A DNA stretch of 62,662 nt, the filler included. It is 10 parts of 10 records of this genome, joined end to end, with 100 filler letters (N's around TTAATTAATTAA, not from the genome) between each part and the next. Parts side by side here need not be neighbours in the genome. Positions count along the whole stretch, not along the records: positions 20,067 to 23,847 come from SRR15195285_5403; positions 23,948 to 27,307 come from SRR15195285_5414; positions 27,408 to 31,222 come from SRR15195285_5415; 7 more parts are not named here. One strand, written 5' to 3'. Made by a program: the position numbers and the translations under genes. Of the stretch, positions 20,630-31,322 are shown in pieces (position 1 is the first letter of the stretch; the number at the start of each line of letters is the position of its first letter). The notes under the pieces were generated by a model. That model had not been told where the DNA came from. It ran no database searches and saw nothing but the letters and a program-made list of their open reading frames with translations.

Positions 20630-22123
20630 ATGGCGGAGCGTCCTGGGGCTCCCTTGGCGACGCCTGCGCCTGCGCCTGCGCCTGCGCCCCCCCCCCCCTC
20701 GCTGGCAAGAAGTAGTCCGAGGGCAGACGGGCCCGCCCGTCGACTTAGCGAGCGGATATCATGGAACTCTCCCCAATGCGCCATGACCGTGATGATTCTG
20801 TATTGGCCGGTCGTTGGGTGGCTCTTCATGAAAGTCGAGGGCGACTGGACCGTGCAGGACGCGATCTACTTCATGGTCCTGACTCTCACGACCGTTGGGT
20901 ATGGCGACGTCACGCCCAGCTCGACGGAGGGGCGCCTGCTCGCGGTCGGCTACATGCTCTTCAACTTGTGCTGCCTTAGTTTCTGCTTTTACAAGACTGT
21001 GGAATACTTACATGCAAGAGCCGAGGCACGTATTATCCGTGAGCTGGATTTGGCGCAGAAGGCTGAGGGCGCGGCGGCGGGCATCGCAGAAACGAGTAGA
21101 GACGAAGAAGCGTCGGAGCAGGATGCGTTGGTGGAGGTGTTGTCGTCCATCACGAAGGACTTCAGCAGATTCGCGGATAGTGCTTCGCGGGGTTTGGCCA
21201 CTGTGATTGCAGACGCGCATGAACAGGGGCGGCGCACGTCCGTGAGCCGAAACCTTGTCGCCGCTATCGCGTTCTTTCTGCTGGGCACTGCAGGCTTCCG
21301 GTACATGGGATTTGGTGGCTGCGAGGAGCCCAAGTGCGATTTAGACAAGAGTACGGACGACACAGCTGTTTGCCTCCCCGGATGCCGCTTCACCTGCCTG
21401 TGCACACCAGATGCAGCCGCTGAAGCAGCAACATTGACGACGACGTTGAACTACTCGCCAGGTGAGCCTCCCCAAGGCGAACCCAGCTGGTCCGAAGCAC
21501 TGCAGGTGAGATCCGAGCTCGAGCTGGTAACACTACAGGTGGCGGACTTCGATGAGTGCCCAGCATCCTGTTTAAGAACGTCGCAGTGTGAAGGGTCTGC
21601 AACGCCTGTTCCAAGAAAAAAGGGCATGTGCCCAACGGCGGCTTTCCTTGCAGGCACCTGCGGCAATCATACTATCACAGGCAGCTGCACGGAGTATCAG
21701 GAGTGGGCTGACGCCCTGTATGTAGCGACGTACACGATGACCACTGTCGGCTACGGCGATATCGCGGCCCCAAAACACTGGCATGGGAGAATTTTTACGA
21801 TGCTTTTCTCTATCGTAAGCACAATACTGATGACATCTGCGGTGGCGAACGCTGTGAACTATCTGCTCAACAAAAGTCGGCGAGAACAGATGCGCAGCAT
21901 GTTCAGAAAGCCAAATTACTTGCACGTGCTGCTTACGCGCATGGACAAAGATGGCGACCAGGAGATCACTGAACTAGAGTTCGTCCATTACATGCTTGTC
22001 CTGCAGGGCAAGGCGACGTCGGAGGATTTCGACGTCTTGGCTAAACAGTTCAAAGAGCTGGACACGGATGGCAGTGGCACGCTCTCAAAGGACGATATTA
22101 AGCCAGGGCAGCACTCTGACTGA
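20630..22123 (+). CDS. Two-pore (4TM/2P) K+ channel with C-terminal EF hands (TPK/KCO-like), Cys-rich insertion in second extracytosolic loop
   Basis: Two selectivity filters TTVGYGD. EF-hands DKDGDQEITELEF and DTDGSGTLSKDD. Intronless. Confidence 0.9.
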   Translation: MAERPGAPLATPAPAPAPAPPPPSLARSSPRADGPARRLSERISWNSPQCAMTVMILYWPVVGWLFMKVEGDWTVQDAIYFMVLTLTTVGYGDVTPSSTEGRLLAVGYMLFNLCCLSFCFYKTVEYLHARAEARIIRELDLAQKAEGAAAGIAETSRDEEASEQDALVEVLSSITKDFSRFADSASRGLATVIADAHEQGRRTSVSRNLVAAIAFFLLGTAGFRYMGFGGCEEPKCDLDKSTDDTAVCLPGCRFTCLCTPDAAAEAATLTTTLNYSPGEPPQGEPSWSEALQVRSELELVTLQVADFDECPASCLRTSQCEGSATPVPRKKGMCPTAAFLAGTCGNHTITGSCTEYQEWADALYVATYTMTTVGYGDIAAPKHWHGRIFTMLFSIVSTILMTSAVANAVNYLLNKSRREQMRSMFRKPNYLHVLLTRMDKDGDQEITELEFVHYMLVLQGKATSEDFDVLAKQFKELDTDGSGTLSKDDIKPGQHSD

Positions 22124-22323
22124 GCCAACGGACTTTGAACGTGGGTTCTGGTGCCAAATGAATATACTTGAGTCGATCCGGGCACTCCCCGCTGTGTCAC
22201 ACAGCGCCAGCAGCTGCCAAGCCCTCAATCCAGGTTGTGTTAGCATGATACTAACTTGCGGCACACTGTACTCGTCTACCTCTGGTCCGAATTATACCAC
22301 TAGTAGTCTACCTCTTGTCCGAA

Positions 22324-23418
22324 TTAAATTTCTTCTCCATCTTGTTGCAATCTAGATGCTGCGACACGCCGAGGCGGCGTCGGTGGGCGATTGCGCTGCT
22401 CACTGCCAGTCGCCGGCGGCGAAGCTGCACCGTCGTTTCCAGCGGCCCCATGAATAACTTCCTCTGCGCCGCCTCCCCGCTGCGCTGCAGCGACTCGGGC
22501 GACGTCAGGTCGCAGCACCTTGAAAGAGCACACGAGATCAGCGCTCACTTCCATCATCGCGCCCGCGTTGTCAAACTCGCCGCAGTAATTTGGGGCTGAG
22601 AAAACAGTGACAAGCTGCCGCCGTGCGAAGAACTCGTAGCCATCCTCAACAACCTGGTGTGCACGGCAGACAAGATCAAGGTCGTGCTCTGCCAGGAACT
22701 TTGTGACCACATCTGCACCAAAGGTGTAGCTCACACCGCGATCATTCTCTCCCCAGCCGAGGCCGTGATTTTCTGATTCCGGGTCTGCCCAGAGCAAATC
22801 GCACAGGAGGCCGGCGTCTGGCACATCACACGGCCGCTCGATCGCACGGATATCATCCAGGGAGTGCATCGTCGGGCTGAGGCCGCCATGCATGCAGAGA
22901 ATTTTCCCGCCGACCAGCGCTGCGACTGGCATGCAGTTGAAGAGATCGATGAAACGCTTCCACATCTTCGTGTTGTACCGCGTCTTGCACTCGTCGTAGA
23001 AGCCGTACAGCCGATTGATTGACGCCGCCTCATGATTACCCCGCAAGAGGTGGCAGTACTGCGGATACTTAACCGAGAGAGCGAGCAATAAGCAGATCGT
23101 CTCAATGTTCAGCTTCCCACGGTCGACGTAGTCTCCGAGAAACAGGTAGGAGGACGCGGGCGGCAGCTGGCCGTAGTCAAACATTCGCAGCAAATCGTTG
23201 TACTGACCGTGGACGTCGCCGCATATCTTGACCGGCGGTGATACTTCCAGCAGCATCGGCAAGGCAAGAAAGTGCGCGCGACTCGCAGCGATGAGCTGCA
23301 AGATGTCTTCGGCCGCCATCGGGATCCGCCCGGGGTCGCGCACGCCTCGTACAGACAGCAGCTGGCCGAGAAGCCGGTCGACACAAGCCGTGATCGGCGA
23401 GGCGCCCTGCTCGGGCAT
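22324..23418 (-). CDS. PP1: Serine/threonine protein phosphatase PP1 catalytic subunit
   Basis: [56 protein letters not shown]. Intronless, ATG at 23418. Confidence 0.95.
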   Translation of the reverse strand: MPEQGASPITACVDRLLGQLLSVRGVRDPGRIPMAAEDILQLIAASRAHFLALPMLLEVSPPVKICGDVHGQYNDLLRMFDYGQLPPASSYLFLGDYVDRGKLNIETICLLLALSVKYPQYCHLLRGNHEAASINRLYGFYDECKTRYNTKMWKRFIDLFNCMPVAALVGGKILCMHGGLSPTMHSLDDIRAIERPCDVPDAGLLCDLLWADPESENHGLGWGENDRGVSYTFGADVVTKFLAEHDLDLVCRAHQVVEDGYEFFARRQLVTVFSAPNYCGEFDNAGAMMEVSADLVCSFKVLRPDVARVAAAQRGGGAEEVIHGAAGNDGAASPPATGSEQRNRPPTPPRRVAASRLQQDGEEI

Positions 23419-23451
23419 CTCGCCGCCGCACGGGGCTGCGCGCCGAAACAC

Positions 23452-23688
23452 TCAGTCCTGCTTCGGCTCCTGGATAAAGTTCACCCAGTACGCGTAGACG
23501 CCGAACGCCACCAGAACCAGCTGGACCGCCGCGACAGCTGCGATGGCCGCGGCGTTGTCCGAGAGCCCAAAGTGCGAGCGGGACACGAAGAAGGCACCGA
23601 GCGGCAGACCAAAGAACGCCACCGTCCAGCCCAGCAGCGTCCAGAGCAGCGAGAAGACGCCTGGCTTCGCCGAGAGTTGCTGGCTCAT
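23452..23688 (-). CDS. VMA21: V-ATPase assembly factor VMA21-like
   Basis: 78 aa, two TMs 'LLGWTVAFFGLPLGAFF' and 'AAIAAVAAVQLVLVAFGVYAY', C-terminal KQD as in animal VMA21. Confidence 0.8.
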   Translation of the reverse strand: MSQQLSAKPGVFSLLWTLLGWTVAFFGLPLGAFFVSRSHFGLSDNAAAIAAVAAVQLVLVAFGVYAYWVNFIQEPKQD

Positions 23689-23780
23689 CAGAGGGCAACC
23701 GAGAACACAACAACCACCATGCACCCGGACAGCCTAGCCAGCCCCTGCCCGCCAGTGATGCGGCAGAGCGCCCTGCCTCA

Positions 23781-23847
23781 GACCCCAGCAGCAGCCCCAG
23801 CACCAGCACCAGCAGCCCCAGCACCAGCACCACCACCAGCAGCAGCA
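23781..23847. repeat. CCAGCA/GCAGCC-type microsatellite at contig end
   Basis: accccagcagcagccccagcaccagcaccagcagccccagcaccagcaccaccaccagcagcagca. Confidence 0.7.
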
Positions 23848-23947
23848 NNNNNNNNNNNNNNNNNNNNNNNNNNNNNNNNNNNNNNNNNNNNTTAATTAAT
23901 TAANNNNNNNNNNNNNNNNNNNNNNNNNNNNNNNNNNNNNNNNNNNN
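23848..23947. other. Artificial contig spacer
   Basis: N44-TTAATTAATTAA-N44. Confidence 0.99.
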
Positions 23948-24072
23948 GGCATAAGGCCCTTATGCCCGGTGTCATCACACCGAGCAGCACCTATCGCGAG
24001 CATTTTTGGTGTCACTCACCGGTCACCGCTCAATTTCAGTGATTTCAATCTGGGCACTGCATGCCCGGTCCC

Positions 24073-24139
24073 GGTACACGTACTATGCGCTACGGCTCTA
24101 GATGTAGATCTAGTATTCGAATACGTACAGACGTACACG
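24073..24139. promoter_or_regulatory. Palindrome-rich island upstream of thaumatin-fusion gene
   Basis: TCTAGA, TAGATCTA, GTATTCGAATAC (24113-24124), GTAC repeats. Confidence 0.35.
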
Positions 24140-24272
24140 GCGCTGTTGGACGCCGCGGTTGGCACGACGATTGAAGTTCCACTCGCTGCCCCCGGGCGCG
24201 GGGCGATCTATGCGAGCCACTGCAGTGGTCAGCTGGCTGAGCTGTTGAGCGCGTGATCGCTGAAATCGACCG

Positions 24273-27200
24273 ATGCCGCGCGCTGATCCCCCACTGCTCG
24301 GCGTTGGACGCGATGCCACTGCGCCGGCAGCGAAAAGCGGCGGCTTGGTCTCTGCCTTCCGTGAGATTGGGGGCGGGAGCAGCCACAGGCTGAGAGAACG
24401 AGGCTGCCCGTGCACACGGTGGGACGCTGCCGCGGGCATGGCCAGCGTGCTCGCCGCCTGTGGGCTAGTTGTAGGTCTCGTCTACGTGCTCTACCCGCAC
24501 GGTTTCGCGTGCCAGACTGAGGAACGCGCCAGGTACTCCGGTGGCACTGACGCAGCTCTGGCAACCCTGATCGCGTGCGCGCCAGTGTGGGGTCGCGCGA
24601 CTGTGCTCGTCGGTGTCGCGCTACGCTCGTGGCCAGCATCGTCCAGTAGTTACGCATTCAGCGGCCGCGTACGTGGCGCCCACATAGCGGTCAAACAGTC
24701 CCTGCTGGAGCGACGGCACTCAGGGTGGACCTCTATCGTGAGCGGCGAATCAACGTGGTCCCAAGCATGCGAGTCTCTGCGACTGGCTAAGCCTGCGGCA
24801 ATCAGCGCCGCATTCTGGAACTTGCTGCTTTGGCACTGGTCTCAGCCAGTCTCATACTACCTCGTCCTCGAGCACTACAAGTGCTACCCGAGATTCATGG
24901 ACTACGATTCCATCGGTATACCCTTCGTTTTTGCTCGCTCTTTCGAACTTTGGGTCTGACGGTCAGCATCACGGCGTGCTCTGCAATTGAATATGCACTT
25001 TTTCCAACTAGCAAGTTTGTCTGCGCAGGATATGAAGGTTTGCTAGCGGTTATCGTGGCGGGCCGCGAGGTCCTGTATATCTTCTCAACCGTGCTTGCGC
25101 TGCTTATCTGCCCTGCGTTCCTACTGGTCGACCCAGTCACGACGTGGAACGAAGCGCGTGGCGCAGGTCAGGGTGTACTGCGGCTCGGGTGTTACTTGCT
25201 CGCCCCGCATAGCTTTGTGCTGGTGTGCATTACCAACCGCTTCCGCGCGTGGCAGCGAACATTTGTGGCGACCGTCGTGCTCCAGGTCGTCGCCGACTTC
25301 GCCAGCTGCTTGCTGCTTGGCAGCCTGATACTCGACAAGATTTGGGCAGGTGACGATGTCCCATCCGCTCTGCTCGTCGGGTGCGTGGCCGCCCTGTCTG
25401 TTCCTGAGAGAGAATTGCAGTGGCGTTGCTCTCTGCTGATCCAAGTCTGCTTTGGATGGCACTTGCTGGCCGGCTGCTCCAGTTATGCGAGTACAGCATT
25501 TGGTTTTGTGCTGTGCTTTGGGCCGTACGTGTGTTTTCACAACCTGAAGCTAGCATTTTCCCTCACTAGTACACGGTCGCACAAGTGCCACCGTGCTGGG
25601 CATGGCATCCTCGGAGGTCTGGTGATGTTGGGACTGTGCTATCTCTGCGCTGGGGTCGCCCTGCTCATTGCCAAGATTGACATCGTGAGCCAGCTGGCTT
25701 CTCATCCTCCTTGTTGTGCAACCATGAGATATCGTGGTCGGTGACTCTTATTGGATACAGTGCTCATCACAGCGTCTCATGTTGCTGTCGAGCTCTCAGG
25801 TGTGCCTTGGATACACGGGACATTTTTTCGACGATCTACCGGAGTGCAGCCATACGCACGAAGGGCCCTACCTTGGTCTAACGACAACCGTCCAGAACAA
25901 CTCTACGAAGACACTTTTCCTCATCGGTAAGTGTCTGCGCATCGTCAACGGCACGCAGTGTATCTGATCTCCCGTGTACATAAAGTCCGCTCAGTTCAGA
26001 GTCCTGATGTCGTGCGTATCGTGACGTACGCGTCGTTATCTTGCCAGGTGACCAGAAGACGACTATCTCTGCGTACAGAACGGACATGGCCAAGTTTGGT
26101 GCCAGCAATCACCCCTTTGTAGCCATCAAACCTGGCGATACGGTGGCCTTTCGTTCGAGTGGCAACTTCATGACGCAAAGCAAAAATGCCGGAGTGACAT
26201 TCTGGGTGGCGACGGGCTGCGACGAGTACGGAAAGTGCAGCTGGAACGAGGACAGGACTGAGGGCGCAGTGTTGGAGTGGAATATGTGAGTCACCTCATA
26301 GCCCATGCACTTGCCCTTCGCACCATTCTAGACATTCGAGACCATTACTGGTGCGTTCTTGTCAGAGACACGGCGCCAACAATCATCAGCTGTTGCCCGC
26401 TTTTTCGAACAGGTTCCAAAACACATTGTACTACGACATCTCCGCAGTTGAAGCTATGGACTCGTTCCGTACGCGAGAATTGCGTCACTGATGATCATTT
26501 TGCTCTGCATTCGTTCGCCATGTTCCTGTGAACCTAAGATACCATTTTTCTGTGAAACTAAGTAATGCCACAATCAATCGGAAACAAAGCGGACGCAAAA
26601 ACGGAACAGGCTATAGTATGAAGAGCAGCTGTCACGCGGAAGCCTCTGTCTGTAGTTTTGACATGCGGAAGGGTTGTGTACCGGCGCCACATGCAAAAGT
26701 GAAGACAGCGGATGGTGTAGAGTACTGCAATGCGCCGAAGCGTGTCTGCTTGCAGGTTTGACTCATCAGACAAATACCGTGTTTTCACAGAAATCCAGTT
26801 TGGGACAGTCATAATACAGTCTGACCACGACTCGACCAGGCTGCTTCCACAGAACACTGACGCTTCTGCATTGTGACAGGATGATCTTGGTGGCTCGGAG
26901 ACCAATACCTGTACAAACAACGAGAAAGCGATGTGCGATGTCTGGACCATGGCCGGCCGCTCGAAAATAGCCCCCAAGCAGGTCTACTACCAAGAATATG
27001 CACAGACAGCCGCGTGTGGTTGTGTTGGCTGTGGGGCTGGTACACCCGATCCAAATGCACATTGCCAGACATGGCCCCAGCGGAACCCAGCCCATCAGCT
27101 CGACGGCTGCCACCCAAGGGCGGTTAACGCAACGCCATACGTGCAGGAGATGCGTCGCAGCTGCAGCTGGGGCTACGCGTATCCGTTCGACGACAACCGG

Positions 27201-27307
27201 GGAGGCCTTGTCTGCGAGGGTGCAAAGTCACTCACGATGACAGTTGCAGACGCTAGTGGTGGCCCGAGATCTGACGACGGTGGCGATGATGTGTCGAGTG
27301 GGTGGGA
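24273..27307 (+). CDS. Multi-pass membrane protein fused to a C-terminal thaumatin (PR-5)-like domain; 3'-partial, ~8 exons
   Basis: In-frame splicing at 24916-25028, 25381-25482, 25685-25799, 25927-26047, 26286-26412 and further introns. Thaumatin-like motifs 'TVQNNS', 'WVATGC', 'VLEWN', 'YYDISAVE', 'YCNAP', 'GYAYPFDD'. Confidence 0.7.
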
Positions 27308-27407
27308 NNNNNNNNNNNNNNNNNNNNNNNNNNNNNNNNNNNNNNNNNNNNTTAATTAATTAANNNNNNNNNNNNNNNNNNNNNNNNNNNNNNNNNNNNN
27401 NNNNNNN
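27308..27407. other. Artificial contig spacer
   Basis: N44-TTAATTAATTAA-N44. Confidence 0.99.
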
Positions 27408-27700
27408 TGTGTTTCTTCTATATCGTAGTTGCGCCGGCGCGAGCTCCGCGTCCCGCCACCGCGGGCGCGCCGCGGCACGGCGCAGCGCGCGCAGGCTGCC
27501 AGTGTGGGTGGACGCTGGCGTGGCGTGCGGCTTCACGAGATTCCTTTGTCAGCAGAGGGCGCGCATCCAGGTGCTCGGGAGCTCGCTAGCTTCAATATGT
27601 GGTTAGGGTGCACGCAGCGCGAGGACGAGACGGAGAAAGAGCAGTGAAGGAGAGTGGGTTCGGAAACGGCAACTGAACTCTCTGACACAGATCTTCACGC

Positions 27701-29276
27701 ATGGCAACGTTGAGCAACACGCTGTTGGCCTCGACCGAGGATGGGCTTGATGTCGCCGGTGGGCATGAAGAGGCCAGCAACCTTGCAAGCCACGTTGACT
27801 CAGGTGTCGCGACTCGAGAGGTGAAGGTCTTGCTGGATCCTCGCGCTAGGCGCCTGGTTGCACTTGGCGTGCACGGGCCCGTTCGTGGACCTGCTGGCAA
27901 TGCATCCTTTGTATCGACTGCCGTTTGGGATGCAACATATGTCGTTGGAATGCTGTGTGGCATCTGGATTGGGGGCTGGCTGAGTCCATATCTTGCCGCG
28001 GACTTCGAGATGCTGGGTGGCTGGGTGATAGTAGTATGTTTGCTGGCATTGCAGTTCGTTGTGGCCTGCCGCACGCTAAATTGCGAGCTTTGCGAAGGTG
28101 GGTTTCTGCACGTAAAGTTGAGCAAGACAGAAGTGTCGCAGGCTGCAGACAGCGCTGTGCAGAGCGCGATATGTGTGCTGCGCACGGTACAGTTGATTTG
28201 CGTTGCGGCAATTGTACTGTTCTTCTCTCTAGTCATCGGTGTGTATTGGGATGAATGGGCAAGCCTCGGCTACTGGTACTTCGTCTTGATGATTGTAGGC
28301 TTCTTGCAAGGATTTGTCGCTGGATCCGCCAGGATAGTGTGCTTACTGCTAGCAATTCTCGCAACGACTGAAATTCTGCGCGACAATGCAATCGACATTG
28401 CGCGGCAGACCCGCGCTATTCTGGACTCGGTCTTGCGCGACCCGGATGGTACAACGACGACAAGTGGAGTGGCGACACGTCAGCTCTACACAGAGGCAGA
28501 TACAGTGTTTTGCAACGCACGCAAACTCGGAACGGACCTTGCAAAGGCTCGGAAAATTCTTCACCCAGCGCTGGTCGGATCGCTGACATGGAGCGTGGCC
28601 TGCTCTAGTATGTTTGCCGTGTCAGCGATCACGGAAGCTCCAAGCTGTACAACAATGGTGTGTCAGTGGCCAGCAAGCTTCTGGTTTGCGCTCTCAGGTA
28701 TACTGGGTAGGTGATTTGTCAGTGACACACTCATTACTTTGTGCAAGTTTTAGCGCAACGCATAATGTTGCCAGCCAATCTAGCCAAGTCGCCGCGACAT
28801 TCCAAGCGCTGGATCGTCCTGCTCTGTTGATTTTGTTTAGGTGAGAAGCCTGACTAGCACTGGTCTGCGTAAATTGACTCGTTCTGTTCGCAGCATTCTT
28901 GACGATTTACACCACACTACGTGGCCCCTTTCGGCTGACTGACCAAGTTGATGCTCTGAATCAGCTACTAGAAGAGCTACGTGAGGAACAGCGGACATGC
29001 TTCGCGATCTATGCTACCGCAGGAGGGCAGGGAGAACCGTATGCAAGTAGTGGCCATTGCGTTCATGTTAGTAGCCGTTTGCCAGACCGTCCACTATCCA
29101 ATGACCCGGAGCAACTGATGGTGCATCGGCCGTCGCGCGTACAATGGCTGCTCTCGCACGATGAGGAAGAAATGGCCGAGGTGGTCGACGAAATGATCAC
29201 AGCATCTACACAGCGCAAGCAGATGCAGACCCAGATTCAAGAGCAGCAGCAAGATAATACGGAGGAACCACCGTAG
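27701..29276 (+). CDS. Hypothetical multi-pass (~6 TM) membrane protein
   Basis: ORFs 27701-28714 and 28899-29276 join in frame through intron 28707-28893. Several hydrophobic helices, no family recognised with confidence. Confidence 0.55.
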
Positions 29277-29973
29277 AGAATGCATTGATATGTTTGCGAA
29301 AATAACTAACTTTTACCTGGCCCAAAGATTTGAACACCGTATTTGCGTTGCCAACCTAGGATGGCGTCGAGCAACAGCCTAGTATGCCTAGGCACTAGCC
29401 CTAGGGCAGGGTGGATCTACTATTGTGAATTTCGACATCGCTGTCTATGCGATGGAGAGTTGCATGGTAGCTGGAGGTGGCTAGCCATGCAGTATGAAGT
29501 ATGTTGCTTGTTCACAAGCGCTCAAGTGTCGTCGCTAGTGAGTCATGAACATTATATTTGTTTTGACAAATACAATGGATTCGGATGATTACGATGATCC
29601 AGGTGAAGTCGCACCAAAATTCTCCGCCCAAGGAAGCTCTTGAAAATCCTACGGTTCACAGTATCACTCTATCAAATGAAGCCAACGCAATTGAGACGGA
29701 GGAATACATGCACCACCTGGGTGCTTGCATGCGAGGTTTAGCAAAGGGGCTGATAGGCACAATAATGCTGCGCACACGCATAGTGCCAAAGGGCATAAAG
29801 CGCCTTATGCCCGGTGTCAACGCGGGACTCGGGGTGGAGCACATTTTGAGAAACAGCATAATCATTTTGTGAAATGGTTTATGCCTCTACAACTAGTAGT
29901 AGATACCCGGTACTCGTAAACGATAAACACCATGTGACCCCAGGCGTCGACAGCTCTTCCTTCATGATTAGCC

Positions 29974-31116
29974 TCATTCCCACAACGTCGAGATCTCACC
30001 ACTGATGGTGTTGATGGCAGGTATTTGCCCCTTTCGCCCCGTCCTAAAATACGCGAGGGCCTGCATATAGTGATGGCCCAGCGTGGCACTCCCAGTCGCT
30101 TTTGCAATCTCTAAAAAGGTGAAGCCTGACCAATCGACGATCCCGTGATCGCACGCAATATCCGCACGTGTGTACAGCTGTTCCATGGTGAGATCGGTCG
30201 CCGAGTTATTTCCAGTGGGTGCAGTGCAGTCAGGACAGATTGCGGGAGAGAGTCGCTTCAGGTTCTTCGGGAATCGCCCGCTCGCCGTGATGTCCGCAAT
30301 CTCTTGCTCCAAAAGCCGTTCAAACCCACCGAATTGACCGCTGGAGATGGTGTCGTCGCGGTAGGTGTTGCTGGCTTGTATTGTGACACCCGGCGCGGCA
30401 TTCGCAAATTCCGCACAGGATTCGGTCCAGGCACCGGGAAAGCCGAACGTTGGAGAGGTACTCTTGCTGTAATTGCCACAGCACACGTAGGCGAACGTCG
30501 GTAGGACCGACTGCATGGCCTCGTGGGCCGCGTTGATGCCACGCAGCATCTCACAGCGCGTCGTCCGGCTGGTCGGCGTGCAGGGATGCATGTGCAAGTC
30601 CGACGCGTTCGGTGCGAGCAGGCCCGTCCCCTGCCAGCTGGGCTCGAAGTCGGTCCACAGCTCATCTATTAGCCCGTCGCGCGACTGCACCCAAGCTCGG
30701 ACGGTCTCGCCGAACTCTTTTGGGTGGCGCGAGATATTGATGAACTGGTCGTCCGGCCCACCGCCCGCCAGCCCGATGGAGATGCGAGGAAACTCGCGCT
30801 TAATCTGACGAATGCACGGCCAAAAGCCCGAGTCCTTCATGCCATCGTCCGTGATCGTCCCGTTGCGCACGCCGTAGGCAAAGATGCCAAGGGAGTCTAC
30901 GGCGTGCTGGTATCGCGTGATGTTGGCGATGAGGTAGGGCTTGCAGTGGCCTGCGGTGGCCGTGCCGTTCCACGGTGGCGCGCTGGGCGCCACGTGGTTC
31001 CCGCTGAGCCAGAACCTGACCTTGCGCGGTGGCAAATGGCGATCGCTGCACCGAGAGAGTGCCACCTGGGCGTGCAACACCAGCGTGAGCGCAAACAGCG
31101 CATGACATCGCGCCAT
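29974..31116 (-). CDS. Secreted GH18 (chitinase-like) TIM-barrel protein with degenerate catalytic motif
   Basis: Signal peptide, 'ISIGLAGG', 'IDELWTDFEP' resembling DGxDxDxE. Intronless. Confidence 0.5.
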   Translation of the reverse strand: MARCHALFALTLVLHAQVALSRCSDRHLPPRKVRFWLSGNHVAPSAPPWNGTATAGHCKPYLIANITRYQHAVDSLGIFAYGVRNGTITDDGMKDSGFWPCIRQIKREFPRISIGLAGGGPDDQFINISRHPKEFGETVRAWVQSRDGLIDELWTDFEPSWQGTGLLAPNASDLHMHPCTPTSRTTRCEMLRGINAAHEAMQSVLPTFAYVCCGNYSKSTSPTFGFPGAWTESCAEFANAAPGVTIQASNTYRDDTISSGQFGGFERLLEQEIADITASGRFPKNLKRLSPAICPDCTAPTGNNSATDLTMEQLYTRADIACDHGIVDWSGFTFLEIAKATGSATLGHHYMQALAYFRTGRKGQIPAINTISGEISTLWE

Positions 31117-31222
31117 CGTCGCGTCCGGTAGGCGGGAATCCTCATTGCATGCTCTATAGCGGTCATCATATCATGGGCGAACGGGGCATTCTATTTCTGT
31201 CCTCTAATTTACATGTACCCGT

Positions 31223-31322
31223 NNNNNNNNNNNNNNNNNNNNNNNNNNNNNNNNNNNNNNNNNNNNTTAATTAATTAANNNNNNNNNNNNNNNNNNNNNN
31301 NNNNNNNNNNNNNNNNNNNNNN
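31223..31322. other. Artificial contig spacer
   Basis: N44-TTAATTAATTAA-N44. Confidence 0.99.

Noticed and set aside
27701-29276. Assignment as gustatory-receptor-like 7TM ion channel
   Set aside because: Helix pattern is suggestive but no seventh TM was found in the modelled exons.
29585-29872. 95-aa ORF and its antisense partner
   Set aside because: No recognisable features, probably intergenic.
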